Part shown: in pieces, positions 12,553-23,175 of the stretch
Position numbering within the stretch: position 1 is the stretch's first letter
How the letters are laid out: each line of letters starts with the position of its first letter
DNA from: Octopus sinensis
Lineage: Eukaryota
Reading direction: 5' to 3'
Length of the DNA stretch: 64,000 bases
Assembly: GCF_006345805.1 (NCBI RefSeq)
Contig: NW_021835996.1
Coordinates: 310,001-374,000 of the forward strand
The notes under the pieces: model-generated
What the model was told of the DNA's origin: nothing
Databases searched by the model: none
Seen by the model: the letters and a program-made list of their open reading frames with translations, nothing else
Program-made: the position numbers and the translations under genes

Positions 12553-12767
12553 ATCTAGACTTTCCAGATGAGATGTTGTCAGGTAAAATATAGATAAACA
12601 TCTTGCAGTTGTGAATTATATCAAAATCCACGTTTTTTCCAGATTCGAGAATCGTCAAAATGCTTTAAAATTAATATTTCGATGTAGATAAAGCCGAAAT
12701 CGACTTATAAACAAAATTATTAGGTTTGTTTTAATTAACAAATAAAAAAGTTGTAAAGAAAATGTAT

Positions 12768-13219
12768 TTATGAATTATTAATATATTTACGAATTATTGC
12801 AGTTCTCTAAAAATATATACAAATAATAATACTTGATGGTGTGAATCTACGCGATGTGGTCGTTTATGCGTACGACGGTCATCAATAGTAGTCAAATCTG
12901 GAATGTACATTCTCCACACACGATCTGTTCATTCTTAAAAAATAATTACCTAAGAAAAAATTAATATCTCGGCCTTCTACAAATGAAGATTTACGGTGTT
13001 GTGCTATTTTTGATGAGCCAGTAATAATGCTGTCTATAAAATCGTTTGTGACACTGAGAAGAGCCTATAATTTATCATATATAGGTCCACTGTTTGGACT
13101 TCATTATCCATAATTATGTTCATATCCACGCTATCTATCAACTCCTTTACTTTCTTTTTATTGAAAATAGCATATTTGAACATTGGGTGTTGTGCAGTTG
13201 GCGTGACACGACGACTCAT
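12768..13219 (-). CDS. TAF12: TFIID subunit 12 (histone fold), 4 exons
   Basis: Removing introns 13065-13090, 12925-12949 and 12807-12832 (26, 25, 26 nt) gives KKKVKELIDSVD..ALLSVTNDFIDSIITGSSKIAQHRKSSFVEGRDINFFLDRVWRMYIP..HHQRTAIIRK, the TAF12 signature (DDFI..HRKS..L.R.W.M.IP..H..R..IRK). Confidence 0.88.
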
Positions 13220-13312
13220 AACAAATGGAACTATTTTATTATATATTTATAAAAATTTTGAATTATAAAAAATTATTTTAACAAATAAAATTTTTTTAAC
13301 TAAAGAATCCAT

Positions 13313-14546
13313 TCAAGTCATATCAACAACAACTTTGCCTTTTACTCCCCCATTTCGTAGGTGATGGTAAGCTTTTGGGAGGTCCCTCATTCCAAAGACA
13401 GAATCAATCATTTGCTTCACCTTAAATACAGAACCAAAATAAAAACTTGAGCCTGCTCTACCATCCGACCAACAAAATCGAGGACCTTTACATCTGGCCT
13501 ATAAAATCCATAGACATATTTCTTTCTATCAGAAAATCTCCCCAACATGTCATAAAGCACTCCAAAGGTGCCAGAAATATCACCCGCGTCGATCTGGTCA
13601 AAAATACGAGAAGTAGTAGAGACAAGTCGAGCATTTCTGCTGAGTAAAATATGGCCAAGCAAGTCTTCATTTAACGTGGGAACAAAATTGAGAACAAGGT
13701 CATATCCATTCCCCGCCACTGAGTTAATTTTTATGAGGTAATCATCTTCATTTGAGTCAACGACAATGTTTGTCCCCAAAGATTCCACAAATGTGGCTGC
13801 ATGAGATCGACATGTCCCCACCACGACCGAATCTTTTGAAAGAATTCCTTTCAGATACTAATCAACTTAATAAACGAGTAGAAACTATAACAGCAAAGGA
13901 ACCAAGTCCTCCTGATGCCCCAAGAACAAGACAGCGAAGAGATCGGCCTTCTATATTCTTCACTCCAGCCTGATTTAAGCTGGCTAGGAGCGTATTGGCC
14001 ACAAATGGAAGTGCTGCTGCCTCGACGTGACTCAAGCAAACTGGTTGGGAAGAAAGCTATCAAATCAGATCTTATGAGAACTTTATCTTCGCTAACTCTT
14101 ACTATTGTGCTGTGAGTTCCCTGGCGTTGGAATATTCCTAAAGATCCCCACACGTCATCTCCAACTGAAAATTTATTACAGCCCTGGCCAGTGTCTATCA
14201 CTACTCCACTAAAGTCTCTTCCAGGGACAAAAGGAAATTCTTTTTCCGGAAATATTCGACCAATTGATTTGAGTCGACTAATTTTGGGCAGAACTGATCT
14301 TCCATATCCCTCTATTTTGTTGAGTTTGGAATTTAAACCAATCATCATTAGGTCGATGGGGTTCACACTGGCAGCTTTTATTCTTACAATTACGTCGTCC
14401 ATTCGTGTGATCGGAGGAATTTCTGTTTCACGCAATTTTAATGATTCAAATCCACCATATTCAGTTACGGACCATGATTTGTGAGAATTGTTCCTTTTTG
14501 TAAATTTGAGTAGATAAGTAATATTCCTTTTACAAACGGCCAACAT
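13313..14546 (-). CDS. RTN4IP1: Reticulon-4-interacting protein 1-like mitochondrial MDR oxidoreductase, 5 exons
   Basis: AASVNPID..GYG..EFPFVPGRDFSGVV, EAAALPFVA, LVLGASGGLG, C-terminal GKVVV; four 25-28 nt introns; basic N-terminal targeting-like peptide. Confidence 0.88.
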
Positions 14547-14752
14547 AGTTTTTATTGAATATTTAAAATAAATAATATTCGAGAACGTAATTTTAATTAA
14601 TTGAGGTTAATATTTAAATAAAATCTATAATTATTATCAACTGTTTCGATAGTTCTCAATCTTTAATAGCCAAAAAAGTTCCTTGTCGAGATCACTATTC
14701 TGCCACTGATATCTCTTACTTCACGTCTTTTTTCTTTCAGTTTCTTTCTGTA

Positions 14753-15052
14753 ATGAGCAAAATTGTTCTTGCATCGAATTTGGCCTTTTAACTATTCGTC
14801 TTGGGACAAAAAGTTTCTTTCCTTCGAGAATTGTTAAAATAGTACATGACACGATAAAGTTAACGATGTTAAAACTGGTCAGAGCATAGTCAACTTAATT
14901 TGTGAAACTTGTCGAGTCAGCGTTGTTGTATTCAAAATAAGCTGTCAATTTGTCTGGACGAGAGGATATGTTGTCGAAATCCAATATTACAAAATTGGAT
15001 TAAATATCTAGCTAATTTTGAATTTTTTAAATATTTATTTCAAATTTATTAA
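14753..15052 (+). CDS. Putative small spliced orphan gene, divergent from RTN4IP1
   Basis: Two GT-AG introns of 27 and 26 nt (second at 14916-14941) join MSKIVLASN..NLICETCR/LSICLDERICCRNPILQNWIKYL..*; no homology recognised; may start further upstream. Confidence 0.3.
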
Positions 15053-15751
15053 TCTAATCATCACGCTTGTTATTATTTGTCTTGCCAGTTTATCCTGCAC
15101 TGAATGCGATTTTAGTGTTTAGAAATACTGGATACATTATTTCTCTTAATATATAAGAAGAAACATTTCAAAATGTAGGTTTTTATTAATTCCAGAATAT
15201 TTTATTGTTTGAGCTCTTTTCAAAAAGCGTAATATCCTCCTATGAATTTGGAGGTTTTTTGAGATAATCATTGAATTGCTGCATTCTTTTTGGCTATATC
15301 TTGCGATCTCTTTGATGCTTGCCTATCTAGTCTCTCTCTGACATTTAGTTTGAGACGTGCGTTGGACTGCACATTCTCGAGGGCGGAGGGTTCAACACAG
15401 CCAGAGAAGAGTAGGAAAGGTGTGTGAAGTGCCCCTTTGGTACACTCTGAAGGCTCAGTATTTTGTTAAGCAATTAAATAATGTATTTTCATTTAATACA
15501 GAGGGTTAGTGTTCAAAGTTCGGCCGTCTCTAAAAATCTCGAACTTTGTTGGATATTTACTTATTGTTACCCCATATCACCGAGTTATAGAGAAAAAAAA
15601 GTCTTAGCTAATCAAGTGATCCCAAACCATGGAAATGGAGGTTTTGTCCGACGTGGACGAGAGTCCTGGATGGCTCTCCAAAAAGGGCATTTCGATAGCT
15701 CAAAACAGGGACGATTTTTGACGTAGTTAAACAAAGATTCGTATAGGGGAC

Positions 15752-15995
15752 TCACAGGAATAAAGGTTGTCCTCCCCATTTTTTGTTGCCTTTTGATGAA
15801 AACTGCCTAAAGGGTGTTGGATAAGAGGTTCCGGTCAAATAATCTTTTGCGGCTTCATAAATGGTGGATAATTTCATTAGGGAGGAGCGGGAGATGGCCA
15901 TCGACCACGATTCGCTTGCGTAGGTTAGATTCCGTTGTATGAATTGATGATATACTGTTGATAGGGCTTTAGTGTTCTTACTGAAGGGTTTTGAA
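15752..15995 (-). mobile_element. LINE RT C-terminal fragment
   Basis: VYHQFIQRNLTYASESW thumb-region pattern. Confidence 0.55.
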
Positions 15996-16407
15996 ATCAT
16001 TGTTAAATATAGACATGTTTTTTAATTTTTATTATTCTTATGTTTTCAATCCTTTAATTTTATTTAAGTTAAATGACAGTGTTTTTAAGTATTTGCCATT
16101 TGGGCTGCGTATAATATTCCATATACACGAATGCCGCATTTCTGCAAATTTAATGATTAATTTTTTGTTGTAATCGTTTTTAACGCAGTATTAATTTTTT
16201 TCTCTTTATTACAGTATCTTAAATCAACGGCATTGTACCTTCTTAGTTATTATAAAGAGCATTTTTATGGTATATTTAAAATTTTTGATAACCTGGAAAA
16301 TGAACATATTTTAGGAATTTGATTTGGTTAAATTAAAAGATGAACAAAATTCCTCAATTCTAAAAGTGGAATTTGATGACATTCTATCTGATTTTGAATC
16401 TTTATTT

Positions 16408-16881
16408 TTAACGATTAAATTTATTTCAAATCAAAAGAGAAATAGTCATTGGCAGATAGCCAGAGTATTGCCTCTGACTATTGCTATAGATATTCTTTCG
16501 ATTAAATACCGGTGCTCACACGGGTCGCCGGTAACCCTTTCGATTAATGAGGCAATACGCTGGAGTAGGGTCCGAGTAGAAGGCCCCTGTATTCCTGACG
16601 TCTCAACAGCCAGGGGGACAAACACTCTCCCATTCCCAATTCCAGCGTATTTCTCAGCTTTTCTTTTCTCAGTCCGTTCAGACGGGGCTCCAGGATTCTC
16701 GATGCATAATTTGATATTCTGATTAGAAAAGGAGTTCACACACGTGACGTCCCAAACCAGACACTTTCCCCTCTGGAATGGAAATGTAGTCATCCCATCG
16801 GGTCTTCTGCCGTCCTCTACGAAAATCCCTGCAGGTTCCAATTGTGTGTGGAATCCCGCAGTTCGAAGAAATCGACAGATG
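16408..16881 (-). mobile_element. 5'-truncated CRE-like non-LTR element
   Basis: EPAG..DGRRPDGMT.FPF..GK.LVWDVTC..VETSG..SIAIVRGN; candidate 10-bp TSD atctttattt at 16398-16407 and 16882-16891. Confidence 0.88.
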
Positions 16882-17109
16882 ATCTTTATTTAAAAACTAT
16901 TTTAATTCATGAAACATTTATGTTGAATGCTTAAAAAACTGATCAGCTGCAGATAAGAATGATGGGTTTTACAGGTCAATGGTAAAAAATATTAGATCAG
17001 AGTTTGATCATTAGAAATTAAAGCATGTTGAAAATATACAGAAAAAAATTATTCGAAAATTCCCGAATTAAATGGGACTATTCAGAACTTCAACTAATTT
17101 TCGAAAAAT

Positions 17110-17400
17110 GATCTCACAAACGGAAAATTTATTGCTTTATATGAAACCCAAATGATATGACGCAACATTGTCTAATTTTATCCAGCGATACAAGAAGACA
17201 GGCACAATCCATCGGAAACCAAGATCTGGAAAGCCAAAACTACTTAATGGAAATTATTTGAAAAAATTAATAAAGTATTCCGAAAATAATCCAACAAAAA
17301 CGTTAAGAGAGATCTCAGATGAAATTACGCAACTAACAAATAAAACAATCTTCTCATGAATATTTATAAGAAATCTTAACGAAAATGTTTTCGGTCGAAA
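17110..17400 (+). mobile_element. Tc1-like transposase N-terminal fragment
   Basis: FIQRYKKTGTIHRKPRSGKPK..NPTKTLREI (paired-like HTH and GRPR-like linker). Confidence 0.7.
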
Positions 17401-17899
17401 TCGACTTTTTAATCAAATTAAGAAAATCTTAGTATAACTTGAATTCTTTATCCCAATGAATTCAATCGACAAGCTATCAAAAATTTTGAATCGCGATGAA
17501 CAAGCATGTACATCTAACCCGGTTCTAACCAGAATTAGTAAGCCTCCACTACGGCCAGTAGGTCTGTCGCTTCTTATAAAGATAAATCCTAAAAGCCAGG
17601 ATATAGGCTGGGCGCGGGTTTTGTTTCTTGTAAGAGGCAGATATCAATTGAGTGCTTTTCCAGGAACATTTTCAGTTCAGTGATTTTCCCACTGGGTCCA
17701 TTTATGTTTAGTAGTAAAATTCGAAGAGATTTCGTAAGTCCAGGAATGGATTCAACATCTCAAAAGAGGATCAGAAGTACCTTTGACAAGAGTGGAAAGT
17801 CGTAAGAAAGGGAATGCCGTCCAAAAAGAAACAATTGAACGTTATGAAGGTCTCATAAACCCCCAACATTGATTTTTAATTTTATTTAAACATCAAGGC

Positions 17900-18520
17900 C
17901 ACGGTCGAGCCCGAACAAATAGTCACGTAATCCAAAAGCATTCTAGCAGTAACCCAATCCTCCCTCGGTAAACTTCAAACGAGCCCACACAAAATCGCAC
18001 CGGGCGGCTAGTCGGTTTCGCCGGAAAATTGGTCGGCAATCTAAAGTTCTGAATAATCAGATGCTACAGAGAAGCCGTTTTTATCATAAGAATAACGTTC
18101 GGTTAATCTATATGTCCTTAGTTGGGCCTCCTCGATTCTCCTCCTCTTGGTCCAAGATACCAGCAGACCCATGATACGAGGCGTAGGAGATGAACGGTTC
18201 AAAGTATTGGCAATAAATGTTTGCCAATAACGGGTGGGAACCGTTCCTCCATAATCCAGATAAACTTCTCACCACTTTTGTTTTCTGTTCACGTTTCCGA
18301 AGTGTGTTCTCTGAGTGTGGAGAAAAGTAAAGATGCATGTAGAGAGTCACTCCAAGGACCGTCTGTCTTCTGTTGAACGGCATGGCCACATTATTCAGCT
18401 TCAAAGCGACTGTCTTCCTTTCAAATCTTTTATCAGATGTAAAAAGGGACGTAGGGTCTTCGCAGCGTTCACAACGAGCCGGGTATCAGTTAGCCAGACA
18501 TTGAGGCAATCCATATGACT
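17900..18520 (-). mobile_element. Degenerate LINE RT 3' fragment
   Basis: VLGVTL..HL.FSPH, IYCQYFEPFISYAS; related to 47100-47765; boundaries approximate. Confidence 0.65.
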
Positions 18521-18711
18521 AAATTAAGGAAAATAATATTTTAGTTGAAAGAAATAACGTTTATTATTAAATTTAAATATTGATCAATTTAAATTTAAGT
18601 TTTAGTATAGGCGTCAGCTGATCAATTTAAATTAGTGATTGTCATCGTGGAGCCAGTCTGTCAAATAAATAGAATTCAATCCGATTTGAAAAATTGACAA
18701 GTTCATACAAA

Positions 18712-19775
18712 ATGGAGTCAACAGAAATACTTGAGATGACCAAAGAAGGTTTGCACTATCATTTGGTGACACGAGTAGTAGAGGATCAACATGTGGAGGA
18801 TTTGCGGATGAAAAAGAAGAGTCTACGCCAACCTTCGTAAGAATCACAATCTATAAATCACTAGAATCGGTCTCCAATATCTTAAACTGTTCTTGAGTAT
18901 GCTTTACGCTTTGTTTGCAATGTGTATCTCTTCCTACGTGGCAGTCATCGTCAATGACACTCGGCCCGACACTGACCAGTACCCTCCACTCCCAGATCTA
19001 ATTTTGGACAACTTGGCCTACATGGAGTATGCCTTTTACTATGCAGAGTTCTGTGGGATATTCTTAAATATAATTTGGCTACTAATATTGGTGTTCCACA
19101 AGCACAGGTTGGTCTTGAATTTTAATCTTAGGATTATTCTTATTCGTCGTTTTTTCACTATTTTGGGGACGATTATAATTTTAAGGACTGTAACCACCAG
19201 GATTACTTCTCTTTCTGTTCCAAACAAGCACTGGCCCTGCACTGACGTAACAGTTTAAAATCATACATAGTTTACGACCGACCTTTTCCTCGACCGTTTG
19301 GCTAAATCTTATGAAATATTAACACGGATGTCAATGCTAACAAACGGAATTAGAACTTGTGGGGATTACATGTTTAGTGGACACACTGCCCTGATCACCC
19401 TCATCAACTACATGATTGTAGAATGTAATCTGTTGTTGGGCCACTTTAGATTCTCCGAACGATCTGTATTTCCTTCGGTCTATTTCTTGGTTTCTGAATT
19501 TTATGGGAATGTTTTTTATTCTTGCATCTCACGAGCACTATTCGATTGACGTGTTTATTGCATTTTTTGTGGCTTCTCGGATTGCTTCGTACTACCACGC
19601 GTTGAGTAACTGCAGAGTGAATGAGATGGCTTACATGCGCCGGTTCTGCTTTGAGTTTCCACTTTTGTATTTCTTTGAACAAAATGACGACTCGAGAGTA
19701 TTGAACGAATATCATATACCATTTTACGATTACTTTTGTTCATTCTACCAATCCAGACGTGATCATTCCGATTGA
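18712..19775 (+). CDS. Sphingomyelin synthase family protein (SMSr/SAMD8-like, no SAM domain), multi-exon
   Basis: D1 PPLPDL.LD, D2 TSLSVP..H..C, D3 CGDYMFSGHT, D4 HEHYSIDVFIAF; first intron 18837-18864 (28 nt), others similarly short. Confidence 0.88.
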
Positions 19776-20483
19776 TTTGTTATTTAATGTCTTTTCTTTT
19801 ATTTTTTTATAAAATTATTTTTGGGCCTGATAAGATTCAATTTAATATTTGCGACATTGGTTTTTCAAAGTTGTTGGATACTAAGATTTTTGACTTCGAA
19901 TGGAAATGGTCGATGCTAAATAACCGGCGATAATTATCGGACTAAGGCCAAATTTATGAAACTCTTGTGGTTTTGTATTATACTTACGAAAATGGTGATT
20001 AACTTGGATAGGCATTGCTTTAAGATGTCCAGATTATTTTTTAGTCCAGAATTTACTGGTACCGTGCAAAGTTTCCATTTTATTTTGGTTTATTGTTGTT
20101 TCACGTGCGGATAGTTAGACAAAAGGATGTGCATAGTTAGACGAGTACATTTAGAATCTAATATTGATGCTATTATTATTTGTCATCTGTGAATATAGAC
20201 TTCTAATAAGAATATAAATACACGACTGTTGGGAATGAATAGACTAGTTGATGATTTGGAAAAAGATGTTATGTTGACAAACATCCAGGATATTATGGCT
20301 ATGTGATTTTTACAAAATCTGTGAAATTGAAAAAATAGTAAATATTTTTAAATATTTTACGAATAAAAATTATAAATAAATTAATTTAGCGCTGTTTGCT
20401 GATAACTGTTGTTTGTTGGTGCTATTTTATATTTAGTCATCTAATTTTAGAGAATTTATCATATTAATATTATACCATAGTTT

Positions 20484-22261
20484 ATGAATCAAATGGAATA
20501 CAAGCTTTATCAAAAAATGGAAGAAATGATCAGCGGAATGTGTAAGCTCACGGAATCTATGAACGCTCTCGCGATAACACAAAAAGAAGCTCTGGCCAAC
20601 TTCGCTGAGGATAATCATAAATTTCAAAACCTTATCGACAGTCTAGCCTCGAAAAAATCATTTCAGCAAAAGGTTCAGCTATCCTATTCACTTTAGATTT
20701 CCGAGAATCACAGTTCTGAGTCATCGGTGAGTCGGTGAAATACTTTATTTTAGGCTTCTGTGAATTCTTACGAAAATTCTACGTTTATTGAAAGGAGTAT
20801 GTTGCTTTTATAATTAATTCTCTTCAGTTGATGAAGAAGCCTGTAAACGACAGCAAACGCCCGTTAAGTCGAGTGAAAATGGTTTTCCGGTTCCTTGCAG
20901 TTTTTTAGATACGTCGAAGGACGAAATGGTGCTTACTACTGTTATTTGTTGTGTCTATTTTTGCAGGACAATGCGAAGGACAGTGAAGTTCCCTCAAACC
21001 AATTTTCTGTTTTTATATTTATTAATTTTTAGTTCAACTTCGGGAATAAGACAGATGAGTCTACAAAGCCTTTTTCATTTTTTCAGGGGTTTGGAATTTC
21101 CACTTCAAAGTAATTTATTTATCCCTATATTAGTTACTTAAATTATCAGTCAATAATTAATTTAATTTATCAGTTAACAAAAAATCCTATACTTTTAAAA
21201 CTGTTATTTTAAAATAGTATTTCAAGCGAAAACCCGATAACCAAAACAACTGATAAACTTCCCAAGTTGAATATTATTGATATTGAAATAGTGATTCAAT
21301 ATTCCAACCTGCATTTTCTGCTCCTTCTCTTTTTGGGTTCGTAGTGTCATTTAAGTGATTTATTTAGTTTCAACAAACCATCCATTCCCACTATCGCGTA
21401 TTACTTTGTTGTGTTTCTGATTTTAGTCCTAACCCTGAAAACCCTATCGATACTTCGTCTCTATTTGGGTAGACGATTTCTTAATTATTTTAGTACGAAT
21501 CAAATTGCCGATACTACACCAAAATCATCCAGCTCCGTATTCGAAAGTACGTGATTTACCTTAATTTTATAGATTCTTTTTCCGATATCTTTAAAAAGTA
21601 TGTTTTCTAAAAATATAGCAAGTTCGCAACCTCCGTTCTCATCTGGATTTCAACAAACAGGAAATCGTAGTTTATTCAACCAACCTGTGAAGAGTATATT
21701 TGATACTACCAAAGAAGAAGTCCAAGGAGACGGTTGGTCCTAGGTTTATCACTTCAGACGAGGAAGACGAGGGCAATAAGTCTTTTGCACAGAATTACGA
21801 CGCGATTGTTAGTCTGGCTCCAGTAGAAGTGAAAACCGGGACGGAGAACGATGATGTCCATTTTAAAGCACATTGCAAAGCCTTTCGCTTTAATAATGAG
21901 TTGAAGGAGTATAAAGAATTCGGAATTGGGGACATTGAGATTCTTTACAATAAGGAAGCCGGTTTTTATCGCGTGGTAATGTATCGAGACACTGTTTTTT
22001 ATTTGTATAATATTTTATAGTTGTTGACTGTTTGCATTAATCATTGGATTACGGGTTCTTCGTTAGTTCCAAAAACAATGAAGAAGCCTAACTCGGTCAA
22101 TTGGGCAGCAACGAATCAGGTTACTGAGGAAGGCAAGATAGAAACGTTTGCTGCTCGTTTTGAAAAAGAGGAGGAAGCACAAAAGTTTATTGAGGTGTTT
22201 AAGACTTCTAAGGTTTTTGTTTTCTCTAATTTGCTTTCAGGAGTCTTGCGCGTCAAGATAG
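20484..22261 (+). CDS. Nucleoporin-like protein: N-terminal helical segment, FG/F-rich low complexity, C-terminal Ran-binding domain; many micro-exons
   Basis: RanBD: VEVKTGTENDD.HFKAHCKAFRF..YKEFGIGDIEIL..RVVMYRD..VCINHWI..FAARF..EEAQKF. Upstream exons encode FNFG, FQGFG, SLFG twice, separated by repeated short GT..AG introns. Exact 5' structure is uncertain. Confidence 0.7.
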
Positions 22262-23175
22262 TAAATTTTTTGATTTTTTTCCTTTTCGATGATATTTTGT
22301 TTTGTGTTATCAATTCATTTGATTATCATATTTAAGATGACTAGCAATAAATGTTTTTATATCCTCCTCGACCATTCACCAGCGCAACTATTGACTTTTC
22401 CTGATCCCTATTCCCGATGTGGTTGCAATTCCATTTTTTAGAAAATACAAATGCTTTCTTGTTCATCACTCAGTCCCATGCACGCTCCCTAGTGTTAGTT
22501 GTACGCATAGAATTTTTTTCTATTGTTACACCAATATTAAGTTTAGTCAGTAATCTTTTGTCAACATTTGTATCCCGTTCCCAGGTTTCTGCTTAAGCTG
22601 TTATCCAAAGCTTACTACCTTAAATTTTATTTTTTGAGGAGAATTATTAAAAATATTTTTTACAGTTAGCGCGTTCAGGGAAAACTTTGTTAATAGTCTT
22701 TTAGTTTCGATGGTTTTTCAAATGAATAAATGAATTTAGGATACGACAGTAGTGAAGTCATTGCGTTTTTTTTGATGTTCCTGTCAGGGGTTGATATTGT
22801 CGAGAGATTGAGACTTGGGTGGTTTTTGATTATACTGGCCGTGGCAAAAAATTGAATTCCTTGATTGTGCTGGTTTCCTACGCATATGGTCAGTCAGAGT
22901 AGACTTAGTTTGAGGGATTGAATTTTGTTGGTTTAATTTTGACGAGGCATACATAAAGTAACTGATACAAATCATTAAAATAAACGACAAGAAATACATC
23001 TCAGAATCAAATACCAACAAGAAGACTTCATTTATACTTGTTACAGAAAACTACCCAGAATCAGTAGCATATTTTGGGAGGTAGAAATTCTTTTTAATTA
23101 AACATAAATAATTGTAAAAAAACAATTTTAGCAACTTCCAAATTAATAAAAAAGCGCTAAATTTTGCGTGTCGTT

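Noticed and set aside
15330-15460. GC-rich patch as ncRNA
   Set aside because: No diagnostic boxes or convincing stems seen.
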